This document shows, piece by piece, positions 1-14,165 of a stretch of 64,000 nt of DNA (position 1 is the stretch's first letter; each line of letters starts with the position of its first letter). The notes under the pieces are model-generated. The model saw only the letters and a list, made by a program, of their open reading frames with translations, did no database searches and was not told the origin of the DNA. Location: the NCBI RefSeq assembly GCF_009914755.1, contig NC_060941.1. The stretch is one strand, 5' to 3'. A program made the translations under genes and the position numbers. This stretch comes from the human T2T-CHM13v2.0 reference genome, Homo sapiens.

Positions 1-2410
1 TTTTTAAAATTTTTAAGTTTGTGGGTACATAGTAGGTATATATATTTATGGGGTACATGAGATATTTTGACACAGGTATACCATGCAAATAGTCACATCA
101 GGGTAACTGTGGTATCCATCACCTCAAGCATTTATCCTTTATTTGTATTAGAAACAATCCAATTATTCTTTTTTATTTTAAAATGTATAATAAATTATTG
201 TTGATTGTAGTGAATTCTAGACCTTATTCATTCTATTAAATTATATTTTTGTACTCATTAACCATCCTCACTTCCCCGCCACCCCACTACCCTTTCCAGC
301 CTTTGATAACCTTCATTCTAACCTCTAGCTCCATGAGTTTAATTGTTTTAATTTTTAGCTCCCACAAATGAGTAAGAACAGACAAAGTTTGTCTTTCTGT
401 GCCTGGCTTATTTAACTTAACATAATGACCTCCAGTTCCATTCATATGGTTGCAAATGATAGGATCTCATTCTTTTTTCTGACTGCATAATACTCTTTTG
501 TGTATATGTTCCACATTTTCTTTATCTGTTCATCTGTTGATGGACACTTAGGTTGCTTCCAAATCTTGGATATTATGAATAGTGCTGCAATAAACATGGG
601 AGTGCAGATATGTCTTCAATATACTGATTTCCTTTCTTTTGGATATATGCCTTGCGGTGGGATTGCTGGATCATATGGTAGTTCCATTTTTGGTTTTTTA
701 GGGACCCCCAAACTATTCTCCATAGTGTTTGTACTAATTTACTTTCCCACCAACAGTGTAAGAGGGTTCCATTTTCTCCACAGCCTCACCAACATTTGTT
801 ATTGCTTGATTTTTGGATATAAGCCATTTTAACTGGGGTGAGATAATATCTCATTGTGGTTTTGATTTGCATTTCAGTGATTATTAATGATGTTTAGCAC
901 CTTTTCATATATCTGTTTGCCATTTGTATGTCTTTTTTTGAGAAATGTCTATTCAGACCTTTTGCCCATTTTTTAATCAGATTATTGGATTTTTTTTCCT
1001 GTAGAGATCCTGGTTATTAATCCCGTGATAAATGGATAATTTGCAGATATTTTCTCTGATTCTGTGGGTTGTCTCAACTTTGTTGATTCTATCCTTTGCT
1101 GCAGAAAACTTTTTAACTTGACATGATCCCATTTTAGCTTTGGTTACCTGTGTTTGTGGGCAAGAAATCTTTGCCGAGTTCAATGTCGTGGAAAGTTTCC
1201 CCAATGTTTTCTTTTAGTAGTTTCATAGTCTGAGATGTTAGAGTTAAGTCTTTAATCCATTTTTATTTGATTTTTTTAATATGGCAAGAGATAGGGGTCT
1301 AGTTTCATTCTTCTGCCTATGGATATCCACTTTTCCCAGAATCATTTATTGAAGAGACTGTCTTTTCCCAATGTATGTTCTTGGCAACTTTGTCAAAAAT
1401 GGGTTCACTATAGGTGTATGGATTTGTCTTCAGGTTCTCTATTCTGTTCCACTAGTCTATGTATCTGTTTTCATGCCAGTACTATGCTCTTTGGGTTACT
1501 ATAGCTCTGTAATATAATTTGAGGCCAGGTAGCATGATTCATCCAGTTTTGTTCTTTTTGCTCAGGGTAGCTTTGGGTATTCAGGGTCTTTTATAGTTCC
1601 ATATAAATTTTAGGATTGTTTTTTCTATTTCTGTGAAAAATGTCATTGGTATTTTGGTAGGGATTGCATTCAATCCGTAGATTTCTTTGGGCAGTATAGA
1701 CAGTTTAAAGATATTGATTCTTCCAATCCATGAATATCTTTCCATTTTTTTGTGGCCTCTTCAATTTCTTGCATCAACGGTTTCAAGTTTTCATTGTAGC
1801 GATCTTTCACTTCTTTGGTTAAGTTTATTCCTAGGTATTTTATTTGTAGCTATTATAATTGGAATCACTTTCTTGATTTCTTTTTCAGATTGTTTTTTGT
1901 TGGCATCTAGAAATGCTACTGACTTTTGTATGTTGCATATGATACATGACTTTTGTATCCTGCAACTTTACTGAATTTGTATTTGTTTTTCAGTTCTAAT
2001 CGTGTTTTTGTGGAGTCTTTTAGGTTTTTCCAAATATCATCTGCAAACAAGGGTATTCGTCAATCTTCCTTTCCAATTGGGATGCCCTTTATTTCTTTCT
2101 CTTGTCTGATTGCTCTAGCTAGGACTGGCTATATCGAATAATAGTGGTGAAATTGGGCATCTTTGTCGTGTTCCCGATCTTTCAGGAAAGGTTTTCAGAT
2201 TTTCCCCATTTAGTGTGATACCAGCGGTAGTTTAATCGTATATGGCTTTTATTATGTTGGGGTATGTTCCTTCTATACCAAGTTTTTTGAGAGTTTTTTT
2301 CGGGTTCTCATGAAGGTGCTTTCTTGTGTGGATAGTTGTTCAAATTTGGTGTTCCTATGGGGAAGATGATTGGTGGAACTCTCTATTTGGTCATCTTGCT
2401 CCACCTCCTC
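1..2410 (-). mobile_element. L1 LINE (L1MA2-4-like): 3' ~2.3 kb plus a ~110-bp 5' end, internally deleted
   Basis: L1MA-type 3' UTR at the window start. Decayed ORF2 on the - strand (KTLKKLGIEGTYPNIIKAIYD near 2235-2297). 2300-2410 on the - strand reads GAGGAGGTGGAGCAAGATGACCAAATAG..., an L1 5' terminus. Confidence 0.85.
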
Positions 2411-3390
2411 TTGCATAAGATTTCTTTCACTTAGCATGGAATGCTTTGGAGAGTCATCCATGTCATCACATTTAGCTGTAATTCCTTTCTTTTGTCATAG
2501 AGCAGTATTCCATCTACCCAACGCTCGAAATTGTCAGTCTTTCTTTTAGCCATGTGCAAGGATATGAAGTGCAACTCACTGTGGTTCTAATCTGCTTTTC
2601 CCCGATGACTAAAGATGTCAAGCACATTTTCATCTGTTTATTGGCCATTTATGTATCTTCTTTTGAGAAATGTCTGGTTAAGTCCTTTGCCCATTTTGAA
2701 TGTGGATTGTCTGTCTTCTTGTTATGGATTTGTGGGAGTTCTCTATATGTCCTGGATATGAGTCCTCTGTCAGATATACCGCTGTGAATATTTTCTCTCA
2801 ATCTCCCAGTAAAAATTGATGGGTCTTTTTGCTCACTAATTATGTCTTTTGAAGGTTTTATTTTCAATGATGACAAATTTATCCTTTCTTTTTAATGGGT
2901 AATGCTTTAGTGTCCTGTCTAAGAAAATTATTGGTTACCCCAAAGTCAAGAAGTTATTCTCTGTTTTCTTCTAGAAGCCGTATGTTTTTATCTTTTACAT
3001 GTAGATCCGTGATTCATCTTGAATTAATTTTTATATATAGGCCAGGTATGGTGGCTTATGTCTGTAATCTCAGCACTTTAGGAGGCCGAGGCAGGAGGAT
3101 GACTTGAGGCCAGAAGTTTGAGACCAGCCTGGGCAACATAGCAAGACCCTGTCTCTACAAAAGTTTTTAAAAAGACTAGCTGGGCATGGTGCACTCTTGT
3201 AGTCTCAGGTACTTGGGAGACTGAGGATTGCTTGAGCCCAGGAGTTCTAGGCTATAATTAGCTATGACTGTGCCACTGCACTATAGGCTGGGGGACAGAG
3301 TAAGACCCAGTCTCTTAAAAAAATGTGTATGATGTAAGGTGGAGTGAAGGTTCATTTTTTTCCCCATACAGACATCCATTTGTAGAACAT
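2411..3390 (-). mobile_element. Older L1M fragment, interrupted by an Alu
   Basis: ORF 2649..2876(-) gives ORF2-like SDRGLISRTYRELPQIHNKKTDNPHSKWAKDLTRHFSKED. L1 sequence resumes after the Alu at ~3325. Confidence 0.75.
3041..3323 (+). mobile_element. Alu (AluJ-like)
   Basis: GGCCAGGTATGGTGGCTTATG start, two arms, A tail. Confidence 0.9.
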
Positions 3391-3784
3391 GGAAATCTTT
3401 TTGGCTGAATCTCACACATAAATTCTCCTGGTAAATTATGCCTGTTTTAAGAGTCTGTCTCCCAGAACTGATTTTCCAGCTGCTTCTAGTAGCCTCTGAA
3501 TAGGCTTAGAAGATGAAATAATAATGGTGAAAAAACAAACACCTAGACTGAGTAAAGAAACAACAGCAGAAACAGCAATGGCCCATTTGTGATATTGTCT
3601 AGCCTTTAGCCTCCCTCATTGCCTAGGCTGCATTTGGCTTCCCACGGCCAGAGCCAAGGAGGGCAGAGGGGAAGGGGAAGCAAAACATGGAGCAGGATGA
3701 GGCAAAAATAGGAGCAAGTGTTGAGAAAGTCCCCACAGGGCTGAGCCAAGCTGGCCTGGAAGCTGGCTGGTTCTTTGGGGCCCT

Positions 3785-4130
3785 ACTATAATTTGAATGC
3801 TTGTGTCCCCTCCAAAATTCATGTTAAAACTTAAATTCCCAATGCAACAGTAATAAGAGGTGAGGCCTTTAGGAGGTGATTAGGCCATTGAGGGCTCCAT
3901 CATCATGGATGGGATTAGTGTCCTTTAAAAGGGCTGGAGGGAACTAGTTGGGATCCTTTTGCCCTTCCGCATCCATCATGTGTGGGCACAACAAGAAGGC
4001 CCTCACCAGACACCAAATGTTGGTGCCTTGATGTTGGTATTTCCAGCCTCCAAAACAGTGAAAAAATAAATTTTGTTATTTATAACTTACCCAGTCTCAG
4101 GTATTTTGTTACAGCAGCACAGAGTAAGAC
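3785..4130 (+). mobile_element. MaLR solo LTR (MLT1A/MSTD-like)
   Basis: TTTGAATGCTTGTGTCCCCTCCAAAATTCATGTT start and ACCCAGTCTCAGGTATTTTGTTACAGCAGCAC end. Confidence 0.8.
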
Positions 4131-5167
4131 AGGTCCTCAGCAGGAATCTAGCTGTGCAGCTTCTCTGTGTCTCTCTCCTGGTATTTGTGGAGACTGGGAA
4201 TATTAAGTCTCAGAGGCGCAAGTCAGATAAGAGGGCTGTGGGCCAAACTTTCCTCCAACAAGGCCAGAATGCCCTCTGCAGCACACAACCAGTGATCCAG
4301 AAGCTTGCTCATGGTATCTTATTCATTCAATTTGCCCTACCATCTTAGAAGAAAGATACTTATTACTTCAATTTTATAGATGAGGAAACTGAAGATCCAA
4401 GAGATTGAATATGCTTCCTAGCACCATAAGTTACATGTGGAGAATTAGGATTCTCTTTTCCACTTTCCTCTCCACTGCCTCTCATTTCCCCTGTGATCCA
4501 GCCCTTCCAAACCACGTGGTGCTGAACCAGTCAGACCACTGTATAACCACAGGCTTTCCCTCTTGAGAAACTTGCAAGCAAGCAAAAAAGAGATGCATGT
4601 GGGCCACTTCCTTTTCCACATTTTCCCAAAATAGCCTAAAATTCCTGTGAAACAGAGAGCATTTCAGGCCCAAGGCAAGGATTTGCTTATATTGCATGCA
4701 ATCTAGTACAAAGAATTTCAACAAAGTGAAAACATTTGGACATTCCTTTGGACTTTATTGATTCAATCAACTCACAAAAGGATGGTACAAAATGGTATAA
4801 AAAACAGCCAAGCTTTTTGCACAGTGCCATACATTTGTCTATGTGGCACCTCCTCCTGCAAAGCTGGCTTTGCCAGGTGCTACTCTCAAGTATTCTCAAC
4901 TGCCTGGCAAAGTTAGCTTCTCCTCTTTGATGCCTCTTTGGCTCCTGAGGTAGATTGAGCATCCCTGTATATCCCTCCACAGCCTTTTGTCCAAACCTCA
5001 ATTTCCAACATCTCCTGGACTGTATTGTTTGCCTTCATGTCCATATACCCTGTTAGACTGCGAGACCTCAAGGCCAGGACCTGTTATCTTTTACTTCAGT
5101 ATCCCAAGTACCTGTCACAATATCTCTCTAACTTCCCTCAATAAATGTTAAGTATTGAAAAGATGGA

Positions 5168-5477
5168 GGCTGGACGGGGTGGCTCATGCCTGTAATCCCA
5201 GCACTTTGGGAGGCCAAGGCGGAATACCTGAGGTCAGGAGTTTGAGACCAGCCTGACCAACGTGGAGAAACCCCATTTCTATTAAAAATACAAAATTAAC
5301 TTGGTGTGGTGGCACATGCCCGTAATCCCAGCTACCCAGGAGGCTGAGGCAAGAGAATTGCTTGAATCCGGGAAGCGGAAGTTGTGGTGAGCCAAGACTG
5401 AGATCGCACCATTGCACTTCAGCCTGAGCAACGAGAACAAAACTCCATCTCAAAAAAAAAAAAAAAAAAAAAAAAGA
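5168..5477 (+). mobile_element. Alu (AluS-type)
   Basis: Full dimer with a long poly-A tail. Confidence 0.92.
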
Positions 5478-5559
5478 AAGGATGGGCCAAAGAAGGTGCC
5501 AGAAATTGAAGAGAATTGCTGAGTCAGTTCAGGAGAACTTCTGAAGGCAGGAGCTCAAG

Positions 5560-5730
5560 TAACAGTCTAGATACGTGCTCCTTTCTAGCTGCGTGGTACT
5601 CAGTTTCCTCATCTGAAAAAAAGGGATGAAATTAGCAACTACTTTGTAGAGACGGTGTAAGGATTGAACGAGTTAGCACAGGAAAAGCCTTTAGAGCTGT
5701 GCCTGGCATGTTTCACACTCAGTGAATTTT
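5560..5730. mobile_element. MIR fragment
   Basis: MIR core CTCAGTTTCCTCATCTGAAAA followed by GTGCCTGGCA. Confidence 0.6.
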
Positions 5731-6544
5731 AAAATCATCATAATCATTGTCATGATCATGATTATAGTGATAGTATCTTGCTTTCATTTCGGGACCAGAG
5801 GCGCTAGGCTCCAGCCCAAGTGGCTGATCACGAAGAGTACACATCCAAGGCTCCTTGCCTTCTTTATAACCTAGAGAGACACCTGCCCTGGATGAGGGAA
5901 AGGTGACAGTGGCATGAGGACCAGGAACCTAATGCCAGGAGGTGGCTCAGACAAGTCAGGTGGACCAAGATGGTCTCACTTGAATGGGGGAAAATGGAAG
6001 CCTATGGTTAGGAAGCCCAGAAGCCCACCGGCTGTGTGCGAATGTCCTCAGAGATGGTCAGCCCTCTAGCCACGTTCCTCAACCTTTCTTCCATATGGGG
6101 ACTCATCAGTGCCTTTTAGTTTTTTAGTACCATAGATAACATTGGAACCAACGTCTTTGAATATAGAGCTTCCCCTCCTCTGTATTGGGGTTATTTTCTT
6201 GAAATAGATTACCAGGAAGTGGAATTACTCAGTCAAAGGTTATGTGCTTTTAAATGACCATTTTCCCAAAGTTAATAATCATAGTCTAATCTAAGTGGAG
6301 TACACAGCTGTTCCTTTTTTGGTCTGTCCTGAATTCCCTGTGTCAGGAAACGGCTGTTTTTCAGTCCATCTGATCCTGGTAAGCTGTCACTCCCACTGCC
6401 CACCCTCAACCTGGGTTCCCTGTCTCAGGAGTGGGCACACATCTAAATGGCCATTCAGAAGACCTCAGACCCTTGGGCAAAGCAACTGGCCTAGGGTAAA
6501 TATGTGACCCCAGCAGGGCCAATCAGAATTTTTGGAGGGCTATA

Positions 6545-7990
6545 TTTAAAAATTTTTTAAAACATCTTTAGGTTTGTAGAAAATTGTAAGTACAGTACAA
6601 AAAACCTTTTTGCTAAACTATGTGAGAATACATTTGCTGATATGATGCCCATCGCCTCCAAATATACTTTAGTGTGTGTTTCCTAAAAACAGGGACTTTC
6701 TACTACATCAACTATTAAAATCAGGAAATTCATGCTGATACATTACTATAATTAAATCCTCAGATTTCATTCAGGTTTCACCAACTGTTCCAAAATATTC
6801 TTTTTTCTTTTTCTTTTTTTCAGTTGCACCATCACAGCTTACTGCAGCCTCGACCTCCTGGGCTCAAGTGATCCTCCTGCCTTGGCCTCACAAAGTGCTG
6901 GGATTACAGGTGTGAGCCCACGCCCAGCCCGAGAACATTTTTTATAGCAAAGGGATCCATTCAGAATCACACACTGCATTTACTTGGCAAGACTCTTACT
7001 CTCCTTCAGTCTGAAAAAGTTCCTTAATCTTTTCTTAACTATCATGACCTTGGTCCTATAAAGATGACCAACCAGTTACTGTGTAGAATGAACCTCAGCC
7101 TGAGTTTGTCTGTTGTTTCCTTTTGATCAGATTTAGATGAGGCATCTTTGGCATGAACATCACAGAAGTGCAGCTGTATTCTTTTCATTGCATCCTATCA
7201 GGTGGCGCCATTTTGGATTGCCCCATTGCTGGTGATGCTCACTTTGTTACTGGATTAAGGCAATGTTGGCCAGCCTCCTCCACTGTGAAGTTATTAATAA
7301 AATCTGGGGGCAGTTACTTTGAGACAATGTAAATATTCCACTTTTCCTTTTTTTTTTTGAGACAGGGTCTAGCTCTGTCACTCAGGCTGGAGTGCAGTGG
7401 GACAATCACGGCTCATTTCAGCCTCTGCCTCCTGGGCTCAAATGATCCTCCCACCTCAGCCTCTTAAGTATCTGGGACTACAGGCACTTGCCACTATGCT
7501 CGGCTAATTTTTGTAATTTTTGTGGAGATGGGGTTCACCATGTTGCCCGGGCTGGTCTTGAATTCCTGGGCTCAAGTGATCCACCCACCTTGGCCTCCCA
7601 AGTGCTGGGATTACAGGCATGAGCCACTGTGCCTGACCCCATTACTCCTTAATCATTTCATTTATTTGTTTGCTTATTTATTTATATTAGTATGAACTCA
7701 TTGCTTCCTATTTTATCCAAGGGTTTATAATCTATTACTCTCATTATTTATCTTGATGCTCAAGTTGTCCCAGATTTGGCTCGCGGGAGCTTCTTCAAGC
7801 CAGCTTCTGTGTCCTCCTTTAAGTGCTTCCTTGCTTTCTGGTTTAATAAGATATCTCGGGTTCATATGGTACTTTCCCAGGCTCGGCCTTGGAATTAGAC
7901 ATTTCTCTAAGGCATTCTAATTCCTTTTAGCATAGAGTTGTGTTTAGAAGTCAAGATCCATGCCCTAGGCAAACTCACTGCCAGGTGGCA
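6545..7990 (-). mobile_element. Old L1MC-like 3' fragments, interrupted by Alu pieces at ~6800-6930 and 7345-7637 (both -)
   Basis: L1MC-like AT-rich sequence. The Alu arms are recognisable in reverse orientation. Confidence 0.6.
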
Positions 7991-8842
7991 AAAAATAAAA
8001 ATAAAAATAAAAAAATAAAAAAGGATCTAGCCCCCCAGTGTGCTTATTGTGAATGGGGAACACACTCTATCTATGTCTCCATATTAAACACCACAAGTTT
8101 ACATCCTTTTGGAAGTTTTATCATGGACTCTGAAACAGAGAGTTTCTCTCTAGAATTATAACTTCTAAGATCATATAGACCTGGAGATACTGAGAGACAT
8201 TTTAGCACTGCTGAATAAGATCCTGTTGGGGAATGAAGTCAAGCAGAGGCAAGTGGATCTGAGAGGTGGACAAACCTAGGGTCCCAGAATACTACTAGAT
8301 CTAGTCATGCCTGAGTCCCTTGAATTTCTTGGCTACATGAGCCAATGCATTTCTTTTTTGTTTAAAGCTAATATAAACTAGGTCTTTCACAATTGACGGA
8401 GTCCTGATCAATATACTAAATAGCTTACAAGTGACTAGTTTGCCTTTCTACCATGGAATGCTGGCTCTAGCCTTCAGGTTTGTTCCCTTCCAGTACTGGC
8501 GGCAGAGGGAGTTTACCTCTGTCTGGTTCCCCGTCTGTCAATGCTTGAGACTGTGACCACGCCAGTACTGGGCTCCCTAGAGTCACTTGGTTCCACGGGG
8601 ACCTCGCCCACTTTGCTGCTAGTCTTTCATGAAATGGTGCTGCACCACCTTAGAGGCCTTGGAGAAGAAGGTGTGGGGGAAGACCATCAGCTCCTCCATG
8701 GGTCTGCCCTAGGTGTGGACGCTGGCTGCCTTTTAACACCCCAAAGCAAAGACAGGGCTGCAGTGGTCAACCCAGCATTACTGAAGGCTCAACCATAGCA
8801 GGAGGGAACTGAGAGGCTGGAGAAACAGACTTAAAACTGGAA

Positions 8843-9131
8843 GCCAGGTTGGGTGCGGTAACTCCTACCTATAATCCCAGCACTTTGAGAAGTCAAGGCT
8901 AGAGAATCACTTGAGGCCAGGGGTTGGAGACCAGCCTGGGCAACATAGCAAGACCCTGTCTCTACAAAAAAAATTTTTAAAAATTTGCTGGGTGTGTTGG
9001 CCTGAAGTTCTAGCTACTTGGGAGGCTGAGACAGGTGGACCACTTGAGCCCAGAAGTTCGAGGCTGCAGTGAACTATGATCATGCCACTGCACCCTCCAA
9101 CACTGTCTGAAAAAAGAAACAAAGAAACAAA
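8843..9131 (+). mobile_element. Alu (AluJ-like)
   Basis: Alu arms with an A-rich tail. Confidence 0.85.
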
Positions 9132-9355
9132 GCTCTACCTCTCCCATGATAATCTAAGAGAATCCAGATGTCTACAACCACACAGGAACCAAAGCCTATG
9201 GGTTTCCTTCTGCAGTGACCCCAGGGGACTCGGCAGTCCCCAACCAGCCCCGAAGGCACCCATCAACAACAGAAAATGAAGACAAACCTCAGCAGCCTTC
9301 CTGCAACACCAGCCTGATCTCCTGGGGGGCCTCCTGGGCAGAAAACAGCCCCCTA

Positions 9356-9450
9356 ACACACACACACACGCACACACACACACGTACATGTCACTAGTAC
9401 CACCCCCACACCACATCCACACACTCACACATGCGCACACACACACACAC
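9356..9450. repeat. Imperfect (CA)n microsatellite
   Basis: Interrupted CA runs seen directly. Confidence 0.85.
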
Positions 9451-9519
9451 TTTTCTCCCAAGGACAGACCATTTTCTTTTTCTTTTTTTCTTTTTAAAAA
9501 ACTCCCACGACAGCTTAAA

Positions 9520-9522
<3 letters not shown>

Positions 9523-9556
<34 letters not shown>

Positions 9557-9859
9557 TTATTTATTTAATTTTTTTTTGAGGCAGGGCTTCCCTCTGTCGC
9601 CCAGGCTGGAGTGCAGTGGTATAATCTTGGCTCACTGCAGCCTTGACCTCCTGACTTCAATCAATTCTCCTGCCTCAGCCTCCCGAGTAGCTAGGACCAC
9701 AGGTGAGTGCTATCGCATCTGGCTAATTTTGTTCACTTTTGCAGAGAGCGAGTCTCACTATGTTGTCCAGGCTGGTCTCAAACTCCTGGGCTCCAGAGAT
9801 TCTCCCAACTCAGCCTCCCAATGTGCTGGGATTACAGGCGTGAGCCACCGTGCCTGGCC
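9523..9859 (-). mobile_element. Alu (AluJ-like) with a (TAT)n tail-derived microsatellite
   Basis: Reverse Alu preceded by (TAT)n at 9523-9553. Confidence 0.88.
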
Positions 9860-9947
9860 CAGACAATTTTCAAGGCAGTGCAGTCCATATCTCTATACCG
9901 TCGGGGGTATAGAGATATCTCTATACCGTCGGGGGAAGAAAAATGTT

Positions 9948-10170
9948 GGGCCTAGTGCGGTGGCTCATACTTGTAATCCCAGCACTTTGGGAGGCCAAGG
10001 TGACCTGATTGCTTGAGCTCAGAAGTTTGAGACCAGCCTGTGCAACGTGGCAAAACCCCATCTCTACAAAAAGTTGCTGAAGTCCAGGAAGTTGAGGCTG
10101 CTGTGAGCTGATTGTGCCACTACACTCTAGCCTGGGTGACAGAGGGACACCCTATTACAAAAAAAAAAAA
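9948..10170 (+). mobile_element. Internally deleted Alu
   Basis: The left arm runs directly into the distal right arm, then an A tail. Confidence 0.8.
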
Positions 10171-10477
10171 TCAGAAAAAGAAAATAAAAATAAAAAAAAT
10201 TGTTCCCAAAGATTTGGGAACACCGTGCATTCGAGGTCGCCTTTCCTGCTGGGCCTGGTCCACTCTGGAATAAGGTCTGGTCTAACCCACAGTCAGCCAA
10301 AGCCCACAGAAGTGTTTCTCCCAAAACAAGAGGGGCCTGTGCCCAGAGGTTTATTTAAGACTTTTCCTCTCCCTCACACAGAAAACAGGGAAACGATAAA
10401 CTGAGTATATTTTTCCCCCAAGAAAAAAAGTTTCCAAAGTCTCAGATAAATGTTTTCTTTGTCTCTTTTTCTTTCTC

Positions 10478-10777
10478 TTTTTCCTTTTTTTGAGACAGGG
10501 TCTCACTCTGTCACCCAGGCTGCTGGAGTGCAGTGGCCCAATCACACCGCTCACTGCAGCTTTGACCTCCTGGGCTCAAGCAATCCTCCCACCTCAGCCT
10601 CTGGAGTAGCTGAAACCACAGGCACGTGCCATCACACCCAGCTAATTTTTGTACTTTTTGTAGAGACGTGATTTTACCATGTTGCCCAGGCTGGTCTCAA
10701 ACTCCTGAGTCCAGCGAACCACCTGCCTTGGCTTTTCACAGTGTTGGGATTATAGGTGTGAGACACAGTGCCTGGCT
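10478..10777 (-). mobile_element. Alu (AluJ-like)
   Basis: Reverse-oriented Alu dimer. Confidence 0.88.
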
Positions 10778-11636
10778 AATAAATGTTTTCCACAAGGCTC
10801 AGGCTCAGGGTCCCCCATCCCCTTCCCCCGCTTTCCACTCTAGGGACCTCTGCAAGTAGAAAGTTGTCCCCACCCTGCCTTACTTGAGGGGAAGGTGAGG
10901 GAGTGGAAGAGGCTTCCCACCTCCCCAGAGCATAAGGTTGGAGCATCTCTATTGTTGTCCCTGCTCCACACACTGAAGACTGTGCCGGGTGCTGATGAAA
11001 GACTATGCTGATTTCCCAATGTCAATGGAGGCTCTGAACAAAGAAACCCAGGGTCACACAGTCAATGACAGGCTGAGCTGGTATTCCAACCCAGGCCGGG
11101 CTGACCTCAGAGCGATAGCTCTTAGCGGTCCCCATCAATTGGTCTCCACAGATCCTGCAAAGTCATCCAGTCCACCAGCCCACAGCTTCCTTACTGGTGC
11201 CTCCAAGGAAGTTTCCCTTATCTATCCTAAGTCTCTCTTGCTATCCCTCTTGCCTTGTTTCCTTTGCCTTGTGCAGAAACAACCCCTCTTCTGACAGTGT
11301 CAGGCCCTCCTGACCACAACTATGGCCATCTCTCAGCTTCCCTGTCCTCGCACAAGCAAGATCTCCCACCCTCAAGGCCAAGGGTTTAGATAAGACCTTC
11401 ATTCCAAGCCATTCCTGATATCACTGGTGTTGCATCAGTTACACATCCCTCATCATCGAATGCTTTCAGTCTTATTTTCGTAAGTGATATAATTCAACCT
11501 GTTTTTTCCATCTCCTCTGCCCCAGATGCCCAGAGGAGGCTCCTACCATGGGTGTTTCTTGCTAAGGTGTTGGCTTCAGTCAGTCCAGGCCAAGGGCAAA
11601 ATGTGTAAGTTCTTGGGCCTGAAAGATATGCATTGA

Positions 11637-11861
11637 CACATGGACACAGGGAGGGGAACATCACATACCGGGGCCTGTCGGGGGATGGGGGGCAAGGGAA
11701 GGGATAGCATTAGGACAAATACCTAATGCATGCGGGGCTTAAAACCTAGATGACGGGTTGATGGGTGCAGCAAACCACCATGGCACATGTCTACCTATGT
11801 AATAAACCTACATGTTGTGCACATGTATCCCAGAACTTAAAGTATAATAAATTAAAAAAAA
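11637..11861 (+). mobile_element. 5'-truncated L1PA 3' end (L1PA7-like) with TSD
   Basis: TAATGCATGCGGGGCTTAAAACCTAGATGAC, AATAAA and a poly-A. TSD AAAGATATGCATTGA (11622-11636) / AAAGATGTGCATTGA (11862-11876). Confidence 0.9.
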
Positions 11862-12392
11862 AAAGATGTGCATTGAATTCTGCCTTAGCCACTTACCAAC
11901 TCTGTGGCTTTGTGGGGGGTCTCTGGTCCTCTCTGAACATCAGTTTCCTTGTCTCTGGCTCTCTTCTCATCGGACTCTTGTGAGGATTATTTGGGATGTT
12001 TCTTTCAGCCCCAAAATATTTCCTTTTGGAGAGAGCGATTCATTGGATGTCAAGCATTGTACCCTGTTTTCAGTTTAGTGGCTTATAATGAAGCAGCAAG
12101 GCACCTAGTGTGTGTTCCCAACACACATTAGGTGCTCAGTAAATGTGTGGCCCCTCCTCCCTCTCCAGACCAGGAAAGATCTCTTTATATTTATTTCACT
12201 GGAAATTTTCCCATTTCACTGTGGTTTCCCAGGAACAAGCAGTCCCTGGTGTATTTTGCAAATTAGTACATCCCTCTGCAGATGGCAGGCCTGAGATCAG
12301 AGAAGTACACCATGGGTACAAAGTCACATGGCAGGCTGGTGGGTGGTTGACAAGATGGCCCTTGTCAAGTCAATAGACTCTGCTTCCCCTCC

Positions 12393-12761
12393 TGTATTAA
12401 TCCATTCTTATGCTGCTAATAAAGAAATACCCAAGACTGTGTAACTTACAAAGGAAAGAGGTTTAATTGACTCACAGTTCAGGATGGCTGGGGGAAGCCT
12501 CAGGAAACTTAAAATCATGGCAGAAGGGGAAGCAAACACATCCTTCTTCACATGATGGCAGCGAGAAGTGCCGAGCAAAAGGGGGAAAAGCCCTTTATAA
12601 AACCGTCAGATCTCGTGAGAGCTCACCCACTATCACGAGAACTCACTATCACGAGCACCCCCATGATTCAATTGCCTCCCACCAGGTCCCTTCCATGACA
12701 TATGGGGATTATGGGAACTACAATTCAAGCTGAGATTTGGGTCGGGGCACAGACATACTGA
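12393..12761 (-). mobile_element. THE1/MST-type MaLR solo LTR
   Basis: TGTATTAATCCATTC...GGAAAGAGGTTTAATTGACTCACAGTTC... with a 5-bp TSD CCTCC at 12388-12392 and 12762-12766. Confidence 0.88.
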
Positions 12762-12851
12762 CCTCCAAATCCTCCAAAGGAGATCACCTCCCCTTCCTGT
12801 CCCCTTTGGTGTCACTTGAGCAGTTCTAGGTCTTGCTGAGCTCCAAGTCTA

Positions 12852-14165
<1,314 letters not shown>

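Noticed and set aside
8517-8816. Possible 300-nt - strand exon (tttctccag acceptor, gag/gtaaac donor, short MEELMVFPHTFFSKASKVVQHHFMKD frame)
   Set aside because: No recognisable homology and in-frame stops. Such splice-like pairs arise by chance, so RNA evidence would be needed.
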